A stretch of DNA of 64,000 nucleotides from contig JBBRAE010000002.1 in NCBI GenBank assembly GCA_038207085.1, positions 141,708 to 205,707 of the forward strand. Reading direction: 5' to 3'. Of the stretch, positions 1-8,969 are shown one piece after another (the stretch's first letter is position 1; the number at the start of each line of letters is the position of its first letter). A program made the translations under genes and the position numbers. The stretch is from Armatimonadota bacterium. Its GTDB lineage: Bacteria; Armatimonadota; UBA5829; DTLH01. Below the pieces are notes generated by a model. The model saw only the letters and a program-made list of their open reading frames with translations, had not been told where the DNA came from and searched no databases.

Positions 1-201
1 TACCAATCTTTTCTCACAAAACTGCGTGATGCGCGAATCCGAGCCGGATTGACGCAGAGCGAAGCGGCACGGCTTCTAGGACGGCCACAGTCATTTGTCT
101 CGCGTAGTGAGAGTGGCGAAAGGCGAGTAGACGTGGTGGAAGTTGTAGAGTTTGCGATCATCTATGGCATTACCCCTGAACAATTGCTTCCATCGCAGTG
201 A
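1..201 (+). CDS. XRE/Cro-C1 HTH regulator, probable RM controller (C) protein; 5' end lies outside the window
   Basis: Frame 1 reads YQSFLTKLRDARIRAGLTQSEAARLLGRPQSFVSRSESGERRVDVVEVVEFAIIYGITPEQLLPSQ*. Its TGA overlaps the GTG of the next gene (GTGA 198-201). Not in the ORF track. Confidence 0.85.
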   Translation, partial: YQSFLTKLRDARIRAGLTQSEAARLLGRPQSFVSRSESGERRVDVVEVVEFAIIYGITPEQLLPSQ

Positions 202-1169
202 AGGAACACCGTCCAATGAACCAGCCGATAGAGAAAAACCGAACACAGAGTCGTTACGGCATAGGCGAGTGGTATGGTAGGCTCTTCACATCTTTGGATA
301 GGAACACGCTACATTACTTTGCGTCCTGTGCTTCGCACGAGTGTTCTGATGCTCCTCCTTGCCGGTTTCGGGGAGGCGCACCTTGCTCCAAGTCTGGTGG
401 AGTCTGCTCAATACGGCTCTACGAACGGGATCTCGGCAGTGGAGAGGTAAAGGTCGCGTCGTCCAAAGCGGGACGTTTGGTCACTACGTGCCCTTACAGG
501 TTTCTGGAAGGGAACTCAGCCTTCAAGTGGATAGGAGAGATTGTCCTGTCACATTCGGAACCGCTTATTGCTGGTCAAGTCGGTTTTCTCAGCCCGGTAC
601 AAAAAGAGGGGTTCGATCGTTCTTCCGCCAAGGATGTCGGGCGCATCGACAATATCCTCGTAAATCCTAATGGAGATAGTCTCGCGTGGTGTGCACTAGA
701 AATACAAGCCGTATACTTCTCGGGAAGCGGTATGGCAAAGGAATTCAAGGCTATTCTCGCACACCAGGACGACAGCTTACCATTTCCTGTTATGAACAGG
801 CGTCCGGATTATAGAAGCAGCGGGCCTAAACGTCTGATGCCGCAGTTGCAGACCAAGGTGCCGACGCTCAGGCGGTGGGGAAAGAAGATGGCCGTGGTTG
901 TTGACGACAGCTTTTACGATTCACTTGATGAAATGATTCCCGTGGATCATATCTCGAACGCCGATCTGGCATGGTTTGTTCTGGATTACGTGGAGTCCGG
1001 AGAACTTGCTGTTCTTACCCCCCAAATGGTTCATATGACTACACTGGAGCGTGCCGTAGAAGGTTTGACTGCGGGACAACCTGTGAGTTTGGATGTGTTT
1101 GAGACACGAATTCGCAAGAAGCTTGCCGGTCCGTCAACTATCTCTTTAGCCAATCAAGGTTCCGACTGA
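198..1169 (+). CDS. NotI-family type II restriction endonuclease
   Basis: Cys4 metal-binding pattern (CRF..CSK..GVCS..TCPYRF), RIDNIL...ALEIQ nuclease core, RPDY..SGPKRLMPQL motif. Alternative start ATG 216. Confidence 0.8.
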   Translation: MKEHRPMNQPIEKNRTQSRYGIGEWYGRLFTSLDRNTLHYFASCASHECSDAPPCRFRGGAPCSKSGGVCSIRLYERDLGSGEVKVASSKAGRLVTTCPYRFLEGNSAFKWIGEIVLSHSEPLIAGQVGFLSPVQKEGFDRSSAKDVGRIDNILVNPNGDSLAWCALEIQAVYFSGSGMAKEFKAILAHQDDSLPFPVMNRRPDYRSSGPKRLMPQLQTKVPTLRRWGKKMAVVVDDSFYDSLDEMIPVDHISNADLAWFVLDYVESGELAVLTPQMVHMTTLERAVEGLTAGQPVSLDVFETRIRKKLAGPSTISLANQGSD

Positions 1170-2010
1170 TCAGAAGCTCAAGTTTTCGAGAGTGGTGAGT
1201 GTTCTTCATCACAATCTCTCTGACGGAGAAACCATATTGCTGAGCAAGATAGCGGATTTCTGGAGTGTTGTCGTAAGTCATAAGAAAGTCGCCCCGTAGC
1301 GAAGAAGTGGCTTCAAATAGCGCTCGGTGGTCGATCTCGGAATGGGTGTAAAGTCTCCGTCCTGCAACTGTATAAGGTGGATCAATGAAGTAAACACAGT
1401 CCTTACGGTTCCGATTCTCGCGTAAGTATGCAACCCCATCTCCCTGCAAGAATCTGATTCGTTCGCGGTGAGAAACTATGTCTAGTATTCTCTTCTGAAG
1501 GGTCTTTGGATACCATCGTGAGGTTAAGCCCTTACCATTTTCGCCGTTCTTCACTATTCCTGCGCCCGGCGCAAGTATTCCCCCCCTGCTGATGCGATTT
1601 CTCACTACAGTGGCTAGCGCGTGATCATACAGAGAAACGCCTTGTCTTGATAAAATGGCTTCGACTGATTCAGGAGAAAGCTGAAGTTGAGCAATTTCAT
1701 CAGCCAGTGTCTGTCCCTGCCCGTGAATAATGGTGTGCCATACTGATGCAATATCAGAGTCTATTTCAAGTAGAGTAGCTTTCTCAACGAGATTTTCAAA
1801 GACTGCTGTGATACTTACGATGGCTCCACCTGCGAATGGCTCTACTATTTCGTCGGGTGGCGTTAAGTAGCTCCCAAGCCACTGCCGAATTTGTGGAATC
1901 AACCACGTCTTTCCGCCAGGGTAACGAAAAGGGCTACGCATAGGTACCGTGGCTACGTTGACCACTTTAGTTTCTATATAGGGTGCCACGACGGAGATAT
2001 CTAGTGCCAT
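1138..2010 (-). CDS. Dam/D12-class (alpha group) amino DNA methyltransferase
   Basis: SPFRYPGGK, motif I EPFAGG, motif IV IDPPY. Convergent with the REase, 3' ends overlapping by 32 bp. Confidence 0.9.
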   Translation of the reverse strand: MALDISVVAPYIETKVVNVATVPMRSPFRYPGGKTWLIPQIRQWLGSYLTPPDEIVEPFAGGAIVSITAVFENLVEKATLLEIDSDIASVWHTIIHGQGQTLADEIAQLQLSPESVEAILSRQGVSLYDHALATVVRNRISRGGILAPGAGIVKNGENGKGLTSRWYPKTLQKRILDIVSHRERIRFLQGDGVAYLRENRNRKDCVYFIDPPYTVAGRRLYTHSEIDHRALFEATSSLRGDFLMTYDNTPEIRYLAQQYGFSVREIVMKNTHHSRKLELLISRNLDWLKR

Positions 2011-2201
2011 ATTGTCACTCCGGAACTTACTAAGACGCTTGGTTGGTTATCATTATACCACGTATATGCCGATTACAATGCAGGTGCCAAGACCGGATTC
2101 CTCACGCCGCATACAGCACCTCGGCTTGTGCAAGCACGTCATCGCGGATGATGGGTTTCAGTCCGTGTGAATACATCTCTATGATAGCATGAATCCCGCA
2201 A

Positions 2202-3044
2202 TCATTCCCGAAGCCCCTTCAATCTCTCAAGATTCTCAAAATCATACCCCTGTTCGGACTCTGGAGTCTCAAGTATGCCGCCGATGTCGGCGAGGCCGGG
2301 GTAGTTGACGATTGCGCGGAAGCCGTCCAAGCCAATGTTGCCGAGGCCTAAGTGCCAGTGGCGGTCGGCTTTGGAATCCAGGGGCTTTTGGGTGTCGTTC
2401 AGGTGAAAGACTTTCAGGCGTGAAAGACCAATCAGGCGGTCGACCTGGGACAGGAGCCGCTCGACGCCCTCGGGGGTCGAAATATCGTAACCCGCGCCCC
2501 AGAGGTGGGCGGTGTCAAGGCAGATTCCCACGCGCTCGGGGTTTGTTGTGATACGGTCGAGGATCGCCGCCAGCTGCTCGACGGTCGAGCCGATGGTGTT
2601 CCCTGCGCCTGAGCCCGCTTCAAGAAGGACCATCGCGCGCGAGTCGCTTGCGTCAAGCGCGTACCCGACGGCGTCGCGGACCCGGTCGGCCCCGGCGTCA
2701 AAGCCCGAGCCGCTGTGGCTTCCGATGTGGGTGACGATGTAATCGCCGCCAAGCGCCTTCGCCCGGTCAAGCGCATTTGCAAGCGCTGTGCGGCTCAGGC
2801 GCCAGGTGTCGTCCTTGGGGCTTGCGAGGTTCAACAGATATGGGGTGTGCAAGACGACCGGCGACAGCCCGAGGCGCGTGACGCCGGAGCGGAATATATC
2901 CACCGTCTTGGGGTCGAGCACCGACACCTGCCAGGAGTTCGGATTGCTCGAAAATATTTGCAGCGCCTCGCAGCCGATACCCTCAGCCGTGGAAATAGCC
3001 GAAGCAAGCCCTTTTGCGATTTTTGTATGAACACCAACACGCAT
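2202..3044 (-). CDS. nfo: Endonuclease IV (deoxyribonuclease IV)
   Basis: HTPYLLNLAS, CLDTAHLWGAGYD, HLNDT..DRHWHLG, ILETP motifs. Confidence 0.95.
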   Translation of the reverse strand: MRVGVHTKIAKGLASAISTAEGIGCEALQIFSSNPNSWQVSVLDPKTVDIFRSGVTRLGLSPVVLHTPYLLNLASPKDDTWRLSRTALANALDRAKALGGDYIVTHIGSHSGSGFDAGADRVRDAVGYALDASDSRAMVLLEAGSGAGNTIGSTVEQLAAILDRITTNPERVGICLDTAHLWGAGYDISTPEGVERLLSQVDRLIGLSRLKVFHLNDTQKPLDSKADRHWHLGLGNIGLDGFRAIVNYPGLADIGGILETPESEQGYDFENLERLKGLRE

Positions 3045-3052
3045 ATCTTTAT

Positions 3053-3160
3053 TGGGGGATGGGGGTTAGGGGTTGGGTTGGCGCATCTTGATAGGTTGTA
3101 CCACTTGGTGAGAGATGGGTTTCGCCAGGCCAACCCCCAACCCCTATCCCCTAACCTCCA
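3053..3160. repeat. Inverted heptamer tandem-repeat arms (GGGGTTR / YAACCCC) forming a long hairpin
   Basis: gggggatgggggttaggggttgggttggc ... gccaacccccaacccctatcccctaacctcc. Confidence 0.75.
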
Positions 3161-3168
3161 TAACAGAG

Positions 3169-3489
3169 TTAGTCCACGTCGCCGAGGTCGTCGAGATCGT
3201 CGGGAGCGTAGCTGAACGAGTTGATCTCCTCGCCGCGGAATATGGTTACAAGCAAATCCTCCCGCTCGAAGCTTGGGAGGTAGCTTGAGACGATATCGTC
3301 GTCGATCTGCTGGAGCAGATCCTCTTCCTCTTCGACCGCAAGGTCCACCTCAAGCAGTATAGTGCAGTGGATGGTATCGTGGGCGTAGTGCAGATGAGTC
3401 TGCCCGAGCCTGCGTTCACCCTCCCACAAGATATAAACTTCGCTTGCCACGGTCCGCACGAGTCTGGAAAGCCTGTATTTACTGGTCAA
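3169..3489 (-). CDS. Acidic hypothetical protein (~106 aa)
   Basis: AAGGAG RBS before TTG at 3489: MTSKYRLSRLVRTVASEVYILWEG... Confidence 0.7.
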   Translation of the reverse strand: MTSKYRLSRLVRTVASEVYILWEGERRLGQTHLHYAHDTIHCTILLEVDLAVEEEEDLLQQIDDDIVSSYLPSFEREDLLVTIFRGEEINSFSYAPDDLDDLGDVD

Positions 3490-3587
3490 AGTGTATCTCC
3501 TTCCCGATCGGTGGCCGCAGTTTGCAGCCCGAAAAGTCTCCGTAGTATGGCACATTTGCGCGCGTGTCGTCAAGCTGATGCGACGTA

Positions 3588-6500
3588 TTAGCTGAACAAC
3601 ATATTCACGTCTTCTGCCGTGAGTGATTTTAGCATCCCGGACTCGACGCTTATCAGCTGGTCTACCAGATCTTTCTTGCGCTCCTGGAGTTCAAGCATTT
3701 TCTCCTCGACGGTGCCGCGCACAATTAATTTCTGGACATAGACCGGCTTGTCCTGGCCTATTCGGTGGGTTCTGTCGCTTGCCTGGCGTTCGACCGCCGG
3801 GTTCCACCACGGGTCGATGTGTATCACGTAGTCCGCCGCCGTCAGGTTCAGGCCGACGCCTCCGGCCTTCAGACTTATCAGGAAAAACGGCACGGCGGGG
3901 TCGCTTTGGAACAGGTCGACCTTGGCGTCGCGGTCTCTCGTGTGCCCGTCGAGATAGGTGTAGGGAAGCCCCAGCTCATCGAGCTTGGTTCTTACAATAC
4001 GGAGCATCTGGGTGAACTGCGAGAAAACGAGCGCCTTGTGTCCTTCGGAGTGAAGCGTCTCAAGGATCTCAACCAGGGCCTCCATTTTGGCCGATTCGCC
4101 GTCGTAGGCTTTGTCGACAAGCTTGGGATGGTTGGCGATCTGCCGGAGCCGGAGCAGCCCCTCAAGCACCTTCATCTTGGTCCGGCCTACTCCCTTGTCC
4201 TCTATCATACCTAAAAGCAGAGCTCGATACTGGTCTCTCCACTGCTCGTAGGCCTTTTTCTGAGTGACGTCCATCTCGCAGTAGACGACCTTTTCTGTTC
4301 TAGGCGGCAGCTCGCGGGCGACCTGCTCCTTTGTGCGGCGCAGTATGAAGGGATAAACAAGCGCCCGAAGCTGCTGGGCGGCGTCATCGTCGTGCTTGCG
4401 CTCGATCGGCGAAGCGAACTCCTTCTTGAACCGTTCGAGCGAGCCGAACATCCCCGGGTTCAGGAACGCAAACTGGCTCCAGAGCTCAACTGTCGAGTTT
4501 TCGACCGGAGTGCCCGTCAGCACGAGCCTGTGGTCGCAGTTCAGCCCCCGGGCGCTTCGCGCCGTCTGTGCGAGCGGGTTTTTCACCGACTGCGACTCGT
4601 CAAGCACGATGTAATGGAACCGATAGTGCTGCAAAGCGGCGAGGTCCCGGCGCATGATCCCGTAAGTCGTAAGCACGAGGTCGTAACCGTCGAACTCGGA
4701 AACGTCTTTTGGGCGGTCGAGATCGGCGTAGACCAGAGTCTTCATGCCCGGCGTGAACTTTTCGGCCTCCCTCCCCCAGTTCGTGAGAAGCGATCGCGGC
4801 ATGACGATCAGGTTCGCCGACTTGGCATGCCCCGACTCCCGAAGCGACAGCAGGAAAACAAGCGTCTGGATCGTCTTGCCGATCCCCATATCGTCGGCGA
4901 GACAGCCGCCAAACTCATACTCGTGGAGGAAGTGTAGCCAGTCGTACCCCGCCTTCTGATAAGCTCGCATCTCGCCCCGGAAGCCTGTGGGGAGATCGAC
5001 GGGCTCAATCTTGGAGAAATCACTGAGTTTGGCAAGCCTCCGATTGAGCGCCTCGTCGAGCTGCGCCGAGTCGACATCGTCTATGATCTGACCCAGAAGC
5101 GTGATCTGTGAGGCGTCGAGGCGCAAGCCATCCTCGGTCACGCTTGCGAGGTCGAAGAGGTGCTTGTAGCGCTCCAGCCACTCATCGGGGATCTCCCCAA
5201 TCGAGCCATCAGTAAGCTTTACGTATTTTTCGCGCTTTTTGACGGCCTTTCGTATCTCTGAGATCGCCACTTCGATCTCCCCGAAGTTGACAACCGTCTG
5301 CAGGTCGAACCAGTCGATTCCCGATGAGACCGATATCGAAATCTTGGGCTTGCTGCGGTTAACTCTGACCGATTTTAGAGTTTCCTCGCCGTAGACCTCG
5401 AAGCCGTCGCGGGTGAGCTTTGGCACGTGGTGAATCAGAAAGTCGACCGGGGCAGTGTTCTGCCGGAGCACAAACGCCGAGCCCATCTGCGACCTTTTCA
5501 GGCCATATGAAGAGAGCGATTTCCATGTGCCATGTTCGGTCTCTCTCTCTCGCACTACCCGCACCAGGACCCCGCGCTCGGAGTCGCGCTTGACGGAGGT
5601 TTGGGGCAGACTCCCGCTGTAGGTGACCTCGTAGCCTTCGTAGCTGAAGCGAAGCTCAACCAAGAGCGCTCCCTGGGACTCCTTGATGTAGACCCGCGGC
5701 ACCGGCGCGGAACTCACTTCCACCCAATGGCCTATGCCCTGGCCGTCGACTGTCATCTGCTCGGCGAGCCTTGGGATGACATCCTCAAAGCAGTAATCGA
5801 CATCTTTTTCGGGAACGACGATCTTGGGCGTGCGCATCAGCCACGCAAGCGTGTCGTTCGTCGCCGCGAGGGGGAGCAGGGTGTCCTCGACGATCACCCA
5901 GACCGGCTGCTCTGAGGCGACGGTGACATTTTCTTTGGTGATGGGCAGCTTCTTGTCGCCGAGGTCGATCATCGGGCGAAGGATGAGCCCTCCGCCGTCC
6001 GTCTCGACGTTCATTTCAAGCTTTGCAGGCTCCGTCCGCACAAACACCCTTCGCTCAAACGGCTGCTGATAGCTTCCCTGGTAGACAAGTCCTTCGCCGA
6101 TCAGTGGGTAGATCACCGCAGAGGAGGGGTCGGGCTCATAGTAGCTGCGGGTGCTTGCGACAAGTAGGTTTCCGGCTGCGATCTGGCCGGGCTTGACGTT
6201 GTGAAAAGATTTGATATTCAGGCGATTGTAAAGCCGCTTTGCGTCGCGGGACATGTCATGGGACTCGATCACCTGGGCGGCCAGATCCAGGTCATCGTGC
6301 GCCTCGGGCGGAAACTTGGCAAGCGGAATGGCGTACGCGACCGCGCTGCAGCTGATGCCGTAGTTTTGCAGGCTGAAGACGAGCATGTTCTTGCCCGTTG
6401 TCTTGGCGGCCGGCACGGGCGATTCGAGCACATGCTCGATTACATTTTTCCATTCCGAGTCCTTGTTCTCTTTGAAGTGCTTTTGCATCTCAAGGAGGGC

Positions 6501-6800
6501 TGCTACTTTGTGCTTGCAGATGGTGTTTGAGAGCCCCTCTGCAAATGGGCAGTCGCACTCGGCGTGGATATATTTTGTAGGGTTATCGGGGTCGAGCCAG
6601 ACACCGACCACATAAGGGTCTTTTGCAGAACCCTGCACGTGTACTGTCACGTCCGTATCATCCGCGGAGATGACCTTTGCTCGACCCCTCCTGAAATAAT
6701 CGAATCCATTGCTTACAGATTTGGGCGTCCCTCCGGCGATGATCGCCTCGGGGGCAACTCGCCTAAGCGAGGGTATGTTTTCGTTAACTTGTTTGGCCAA
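3588..6800 (-). CDS. SWIM zinc finger + SNF2-family helicase/ATPase
   Basis: SWIM CDCPF..CKH; LADDMGIGKT, LDESQ, LTGTPVEN, SLKAGGVGLNL, QASDRTHRIGQ. Confidence 0.95.
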   Translation of the reverse strand: MAKQVNENIPSLRRVAPEAIIAGGTPKSVSNGFDYFRRGRAKVISADDTDVTVHVQGSAKDPYVVGVWLDPDNPTKYIHAECDCPFAEGLSNTICKHKVAALLEMQKHFKENKDSEWKNVIEHVLESPVPAAKTTGKNMLVFSLQNYGISCSAVAYAIPLAKFPPEAHDDLDLAAQVIESHDMSRDAKRLYNRLNIKSFHNVKPGQIAAGNLLVASTRSYYEPDPSSAVIYPLIGEGLVYQGSYQQPFERRVFVRTEPAKLEMNVETDGGGLILRPMIDLGDKKLPITKENVTVASEQPVWVIVEDTLLPLAATNDTLAWLMRTPKIVVPEKDVDYCFEDVIPRLAEQMTVDGQGIGHWVEVSSAPVPRVYIKESQGALLVELRFSYEGYEVTYSGSLPQTSVKRDSERGVLVRVVRERETEHGTWKSLSSYGLKRSQMGSAFVLRQNTAPVDFLIHHVPKLTRDGFEVYGEETLKSVRVNRSKPKISISVSSGIDWFDLQTVVNFGEIEVAISEIRKAVKKREKYVKLTDGSIGEIPDEWLERYKHLFDLASVTEDGLRLDASQITLLGQIIDDVDSAQLDEALNRRLAKLSDFSKIEPVDLPTGFRGEMRAYQKAGYDWLHFLHEYEFGGCLADDMGIGKTIQTLVFLLSLRESGHAKSANLIVMPRSLLTNWGREAEKFTPGMKTLVYADLDRPKDVSEFDGYDLVLTTYGIMRRDLAALQHYRFHYIVLDESQSVKNPLAQTARSARGLNCDHRLVLTGTPVENSTVELWSQFAFLNPGMFGSLERFKKEFASPIERKHDDDAAQQLRALVYPFILRRTKEQVARELPPRTEKVVYCEMDVTQKKAYEQWRDQYRALLLGMIEDKGVGRTKMKVLEGLLRLRQIANHPKLVDKAYDGESAKMEALVEILETLHSEGHKALVFSQFTQMLRIVRTKLDELGLPYTYLDGHTRDRDAKVDLFQSDPAVPFFLISLKAGGVGLNLTAADYVIHIDPWWNPAVERQASDRTHRIGQDKPVYVQKLIVRGTVEEKMLELQERKKDLVDQLISVESGMLKSLTAEDVNMLFS

Positions 6801-6891
6801 AGCCTGCGTGTCCGTCCTTTGTCAATTGCTCCAACAGGAAATGATACCACACCAAGAGCATTGAATCCAGCACAACAATGGTCCAAATCCG

Positions 6892-8076
6892 TCAATCGCC
6901 TGAAAGTCTGTGATCAAAACCGTCGTCGGGACGGTTGATATGGCAGACCTCGCATTTGTTGATAACTCCCGAATGCCCCTGAAGGGCGATAGCCTGGGTG
7001 TTGTCGGCAGAGACGACCGTCGGGGTGATCGCATGCGGGCTGCCGTGGCAGGCTGGGCAGTGGACCCCGTGGTGTCCCTTGGAGTTTCTAAATAGCGTTC
7101 CGGGCTGCTCGAACTCGAAACCGGATCTGGTGTGGCAGCCGGCGTTGCCGCAACGCGGTTCATCGACCCACGGGCGTCGGCCCGAGCTTGCGACGGCGGT
7201 CATCGTTCCGTGGCAGCTGGTGCAGGTGAGTCCGTGGCTGAAGTGGACGTCGCGCAGGCACTTGGTGCGCACTCCGGGGTGGCAGGCGTAGCACGGGACC
7301 GAAAGCCCCGCCCGGCTCATTCTGCTGGAGTGTGAGTCATGCATCGCGCGCGAAAGGCTGGGCAGGCTCGGGTTTCCAGCGAGCCCGAGCGGCTCCTGTG
7401 CGTGGCATTGGCCGCACTTCACAGGCTTACTCGTTTCAAGATGCGTGCCGTGCTCCTCGTCGTGCTTTCGGAGGATGTCTGTCGCAACCGATATGCCCGG
7501 CGTCGTGTGGCAGATGTCGCAGCTGATCTCCCAAGACACAGGGACAACGGCCTGGGTCGAGGCGACCACCTGCCCGCCGCTTGTGACGGTGATCGTCGCC
7601 AAGGGATACGGGTCTTCCGCGCCTGAGTCCAGAGTCGGGGTGATCGGAATTCCCGTGACCGACCAGTCGTTCGTGCCGGTCGGGGTCATGTTCCCGGAAA
7701 GCCCGTGGCCAGTAAGGCCGATGTTGTCTGCGAGTGAGACCCCAAAGAGCTGCGGGGCATAGGTCCAAAAGTTGGTCTTATCGGCAGAGTGGGTGTTGGA
7801 CGGGATAGAATAGTCCACCGTGACCCCACCTGTGACGATTCTCGGCTCTCTGCCGCGCTGTATCACCTGCGCGTGGAGGTTGTTGTAGGGAGGGAGTATC
7901 ATAAACTCCGAAAAATCCTGGTTTATGCAGTGCATGCCGAGGTCGTTGTAGCCGAGCACGACCATACTGGTCGAGACGACTCCGCCGCTTCCTCCGTTGT
8001 TTCCCCCACCGCCTCCGCCGCAGCCTGCCGCAAACAGACACGCGGCGACGGCTCCCGCTAGTCTCAGATATCGCAT
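6892..8076 (-). CDS. Multiheme c-type cytochrome lipoprotein
   Basis: Lipobox FAAGC plus Gly linker; NDLGMHC motif; six CxxCH (CDICH, CGQCH, CYACH, CTSCH, CPACH, CEVCH) plus CGNAGCH. Confidence 0.88.
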   Translation of the reverse strand: MRYLRLAGAVAACLFAAGCGGGGGGNNGGSGGVVSTSMVVLGYNDLGMHCINQDFSEFMILPPYNNLHAQVIQRGREPRIVTGGVTVDYSIPSNTHSADKTNFWTYAPQLFGVSLADNIGLTGHGLSGNMTPTGTNDWSVTGIPITPTLDSGAEDPYPLATITVTSGGQVVASTQAVVPVSWEISCDICHTTPGISVATDILRKHDEEHGTHLETSKPVKCGQCHAQEPLGLAGNPSLPSLSRAMHDSHSSRMSRAGLSVPCYACHPGVRTKCLRDVHFSHGLTCTSCHGTMTAVASSGRRPWVDEPRCGNAGCHTRSGFEFEQPGTLFRNSKGHHGVHCPACHGSPHAITPTVVSADNTQAIALQGHSGVINKCEVCHINRPDDGFDHRLSGD

Positions 8077-8103
8077 TCTTTTTCCGCCTTTCGATACTTA
8101 TTG

Positions 8104-8547
8104 TTACTGTTCGAACTTCAAGTGTTTTGTGGGATAGTGTTTTTCGTCGGTGTAGAGCAGTTCGACCGGCTGGATGACGATTATCACATAGTTGGGGTCG
8201 TCTTTGCCCTGGAAGTATTTGCCAAGCATGTCCGACCATAGCTCGTTTTTCAGCTTTTGGTCGTCGCTGACGTTAGCGATACCCTTCAGCATTACATGCT
8301 GCCAGTCGGTCATATCGCCGGGGTTCATCGCGGTCCAGGAAACGGCTACCTGGTGGTCGGCCTCGATCTCCTGGATCTTGGGGAGGACTTTGCTCGTTGC
8401 AAAGTAGACATTGAAGTCGTCGTCGACCCTCATGGTATACATCGGCCTGACGTGTGGGTAGCCTTCGGCGTCGACGGTCGCCAGGTCGGCCACCGGATAC
8501 TTGGATATGACCTCGCGGGACATTGCGAGCAGGTTGTTTTCTTCCAT
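8104..8547 (-). CDS. Pyridoxamine 5'-phosphate oxidase-like FMN-binding protein (general stress protein 26 type)
   Basis: LATVDAEGYPHVRPM, YFATSK..K..EI, LW...YFQGKDDPNY. Confidence 0.85.
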   Translation of the reverse strand: MEENNLLAMSREVISKYPVADLATVDAEGYPHVRPMYTMRVDDDFNVYFATSKVLPKIQEIEADHQVAVSWTAMNPGDMTDWQHVMLKGIANVSDDQKLKNELWSDMLGKYFQGKDDPNYVIIVIQPVELLYTDEKHYPTKHLKFEQ

Positions 8548-8580
8548 TGTGCCCTCCTTGAGCCAGTTTGTCCGGATAGT

Positions 8581-8606
8581 ATACCCAAGGATAGCGCCCG
8601 GTAGAC
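8581..8606 (-). promoter_or_regulatory. SigB/SigF-like promoter candidate GTCT-N16-GGGTAT
   Basis: Lies about 33 nt upstream of the stress-protein start; the motif recurs elsewhere in the window. Confidence 0.5.
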
Positions 8607-8664
8607 GTGCGTAGGTGTCAGGGATGTGAATTGTCGGTGGTATTTTATTGGCAGCGGGTGAAGA

Positions 8665-8895
8665 CTATTCCCCGGCTTCTGCGATGATCTTGAGCGCCCG
8701 CTCGGCGTCCTCTTCGCGGACCAAGAGGCGCACCCCGCCTTCGAGCACACTTACGTCTATTCCCACATTGGTCCAGGTATGCGCGCCGAGGATCTGGGCT
8801 TCGATCCCCACCGACTCCAGGCGAATCCTCGCCATTTCAGCTTCCATCGGAAATCTATATGAAGCGACGACGACCAGTTTGGTATCCATTTCCAT
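8665..8895 (-). CDS. DUF2007-like small putative signal-transducing protein
   Basis: EAEMARIRLESVGIEA...GGVRLLVREEDAERA; GGAGG RBS at 8897-8901 (start 8889 or 8895). Confidence 0.8.
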   Translation of the reverse strand: MEMDTKLVVVASYRFPMEAEMARIRLESVGIEAQILGAHTWTNVGIDVSVLEGGVRLLVREEDAERALKIIAEAGE

Positions 8896-8969
8896 GCCTC
8901 CGGGCGGACGGACTCCGCGGAACGTGGTCGGGGGACGGATTCCCCCGACCAACGGATAATAGCTAAAAG

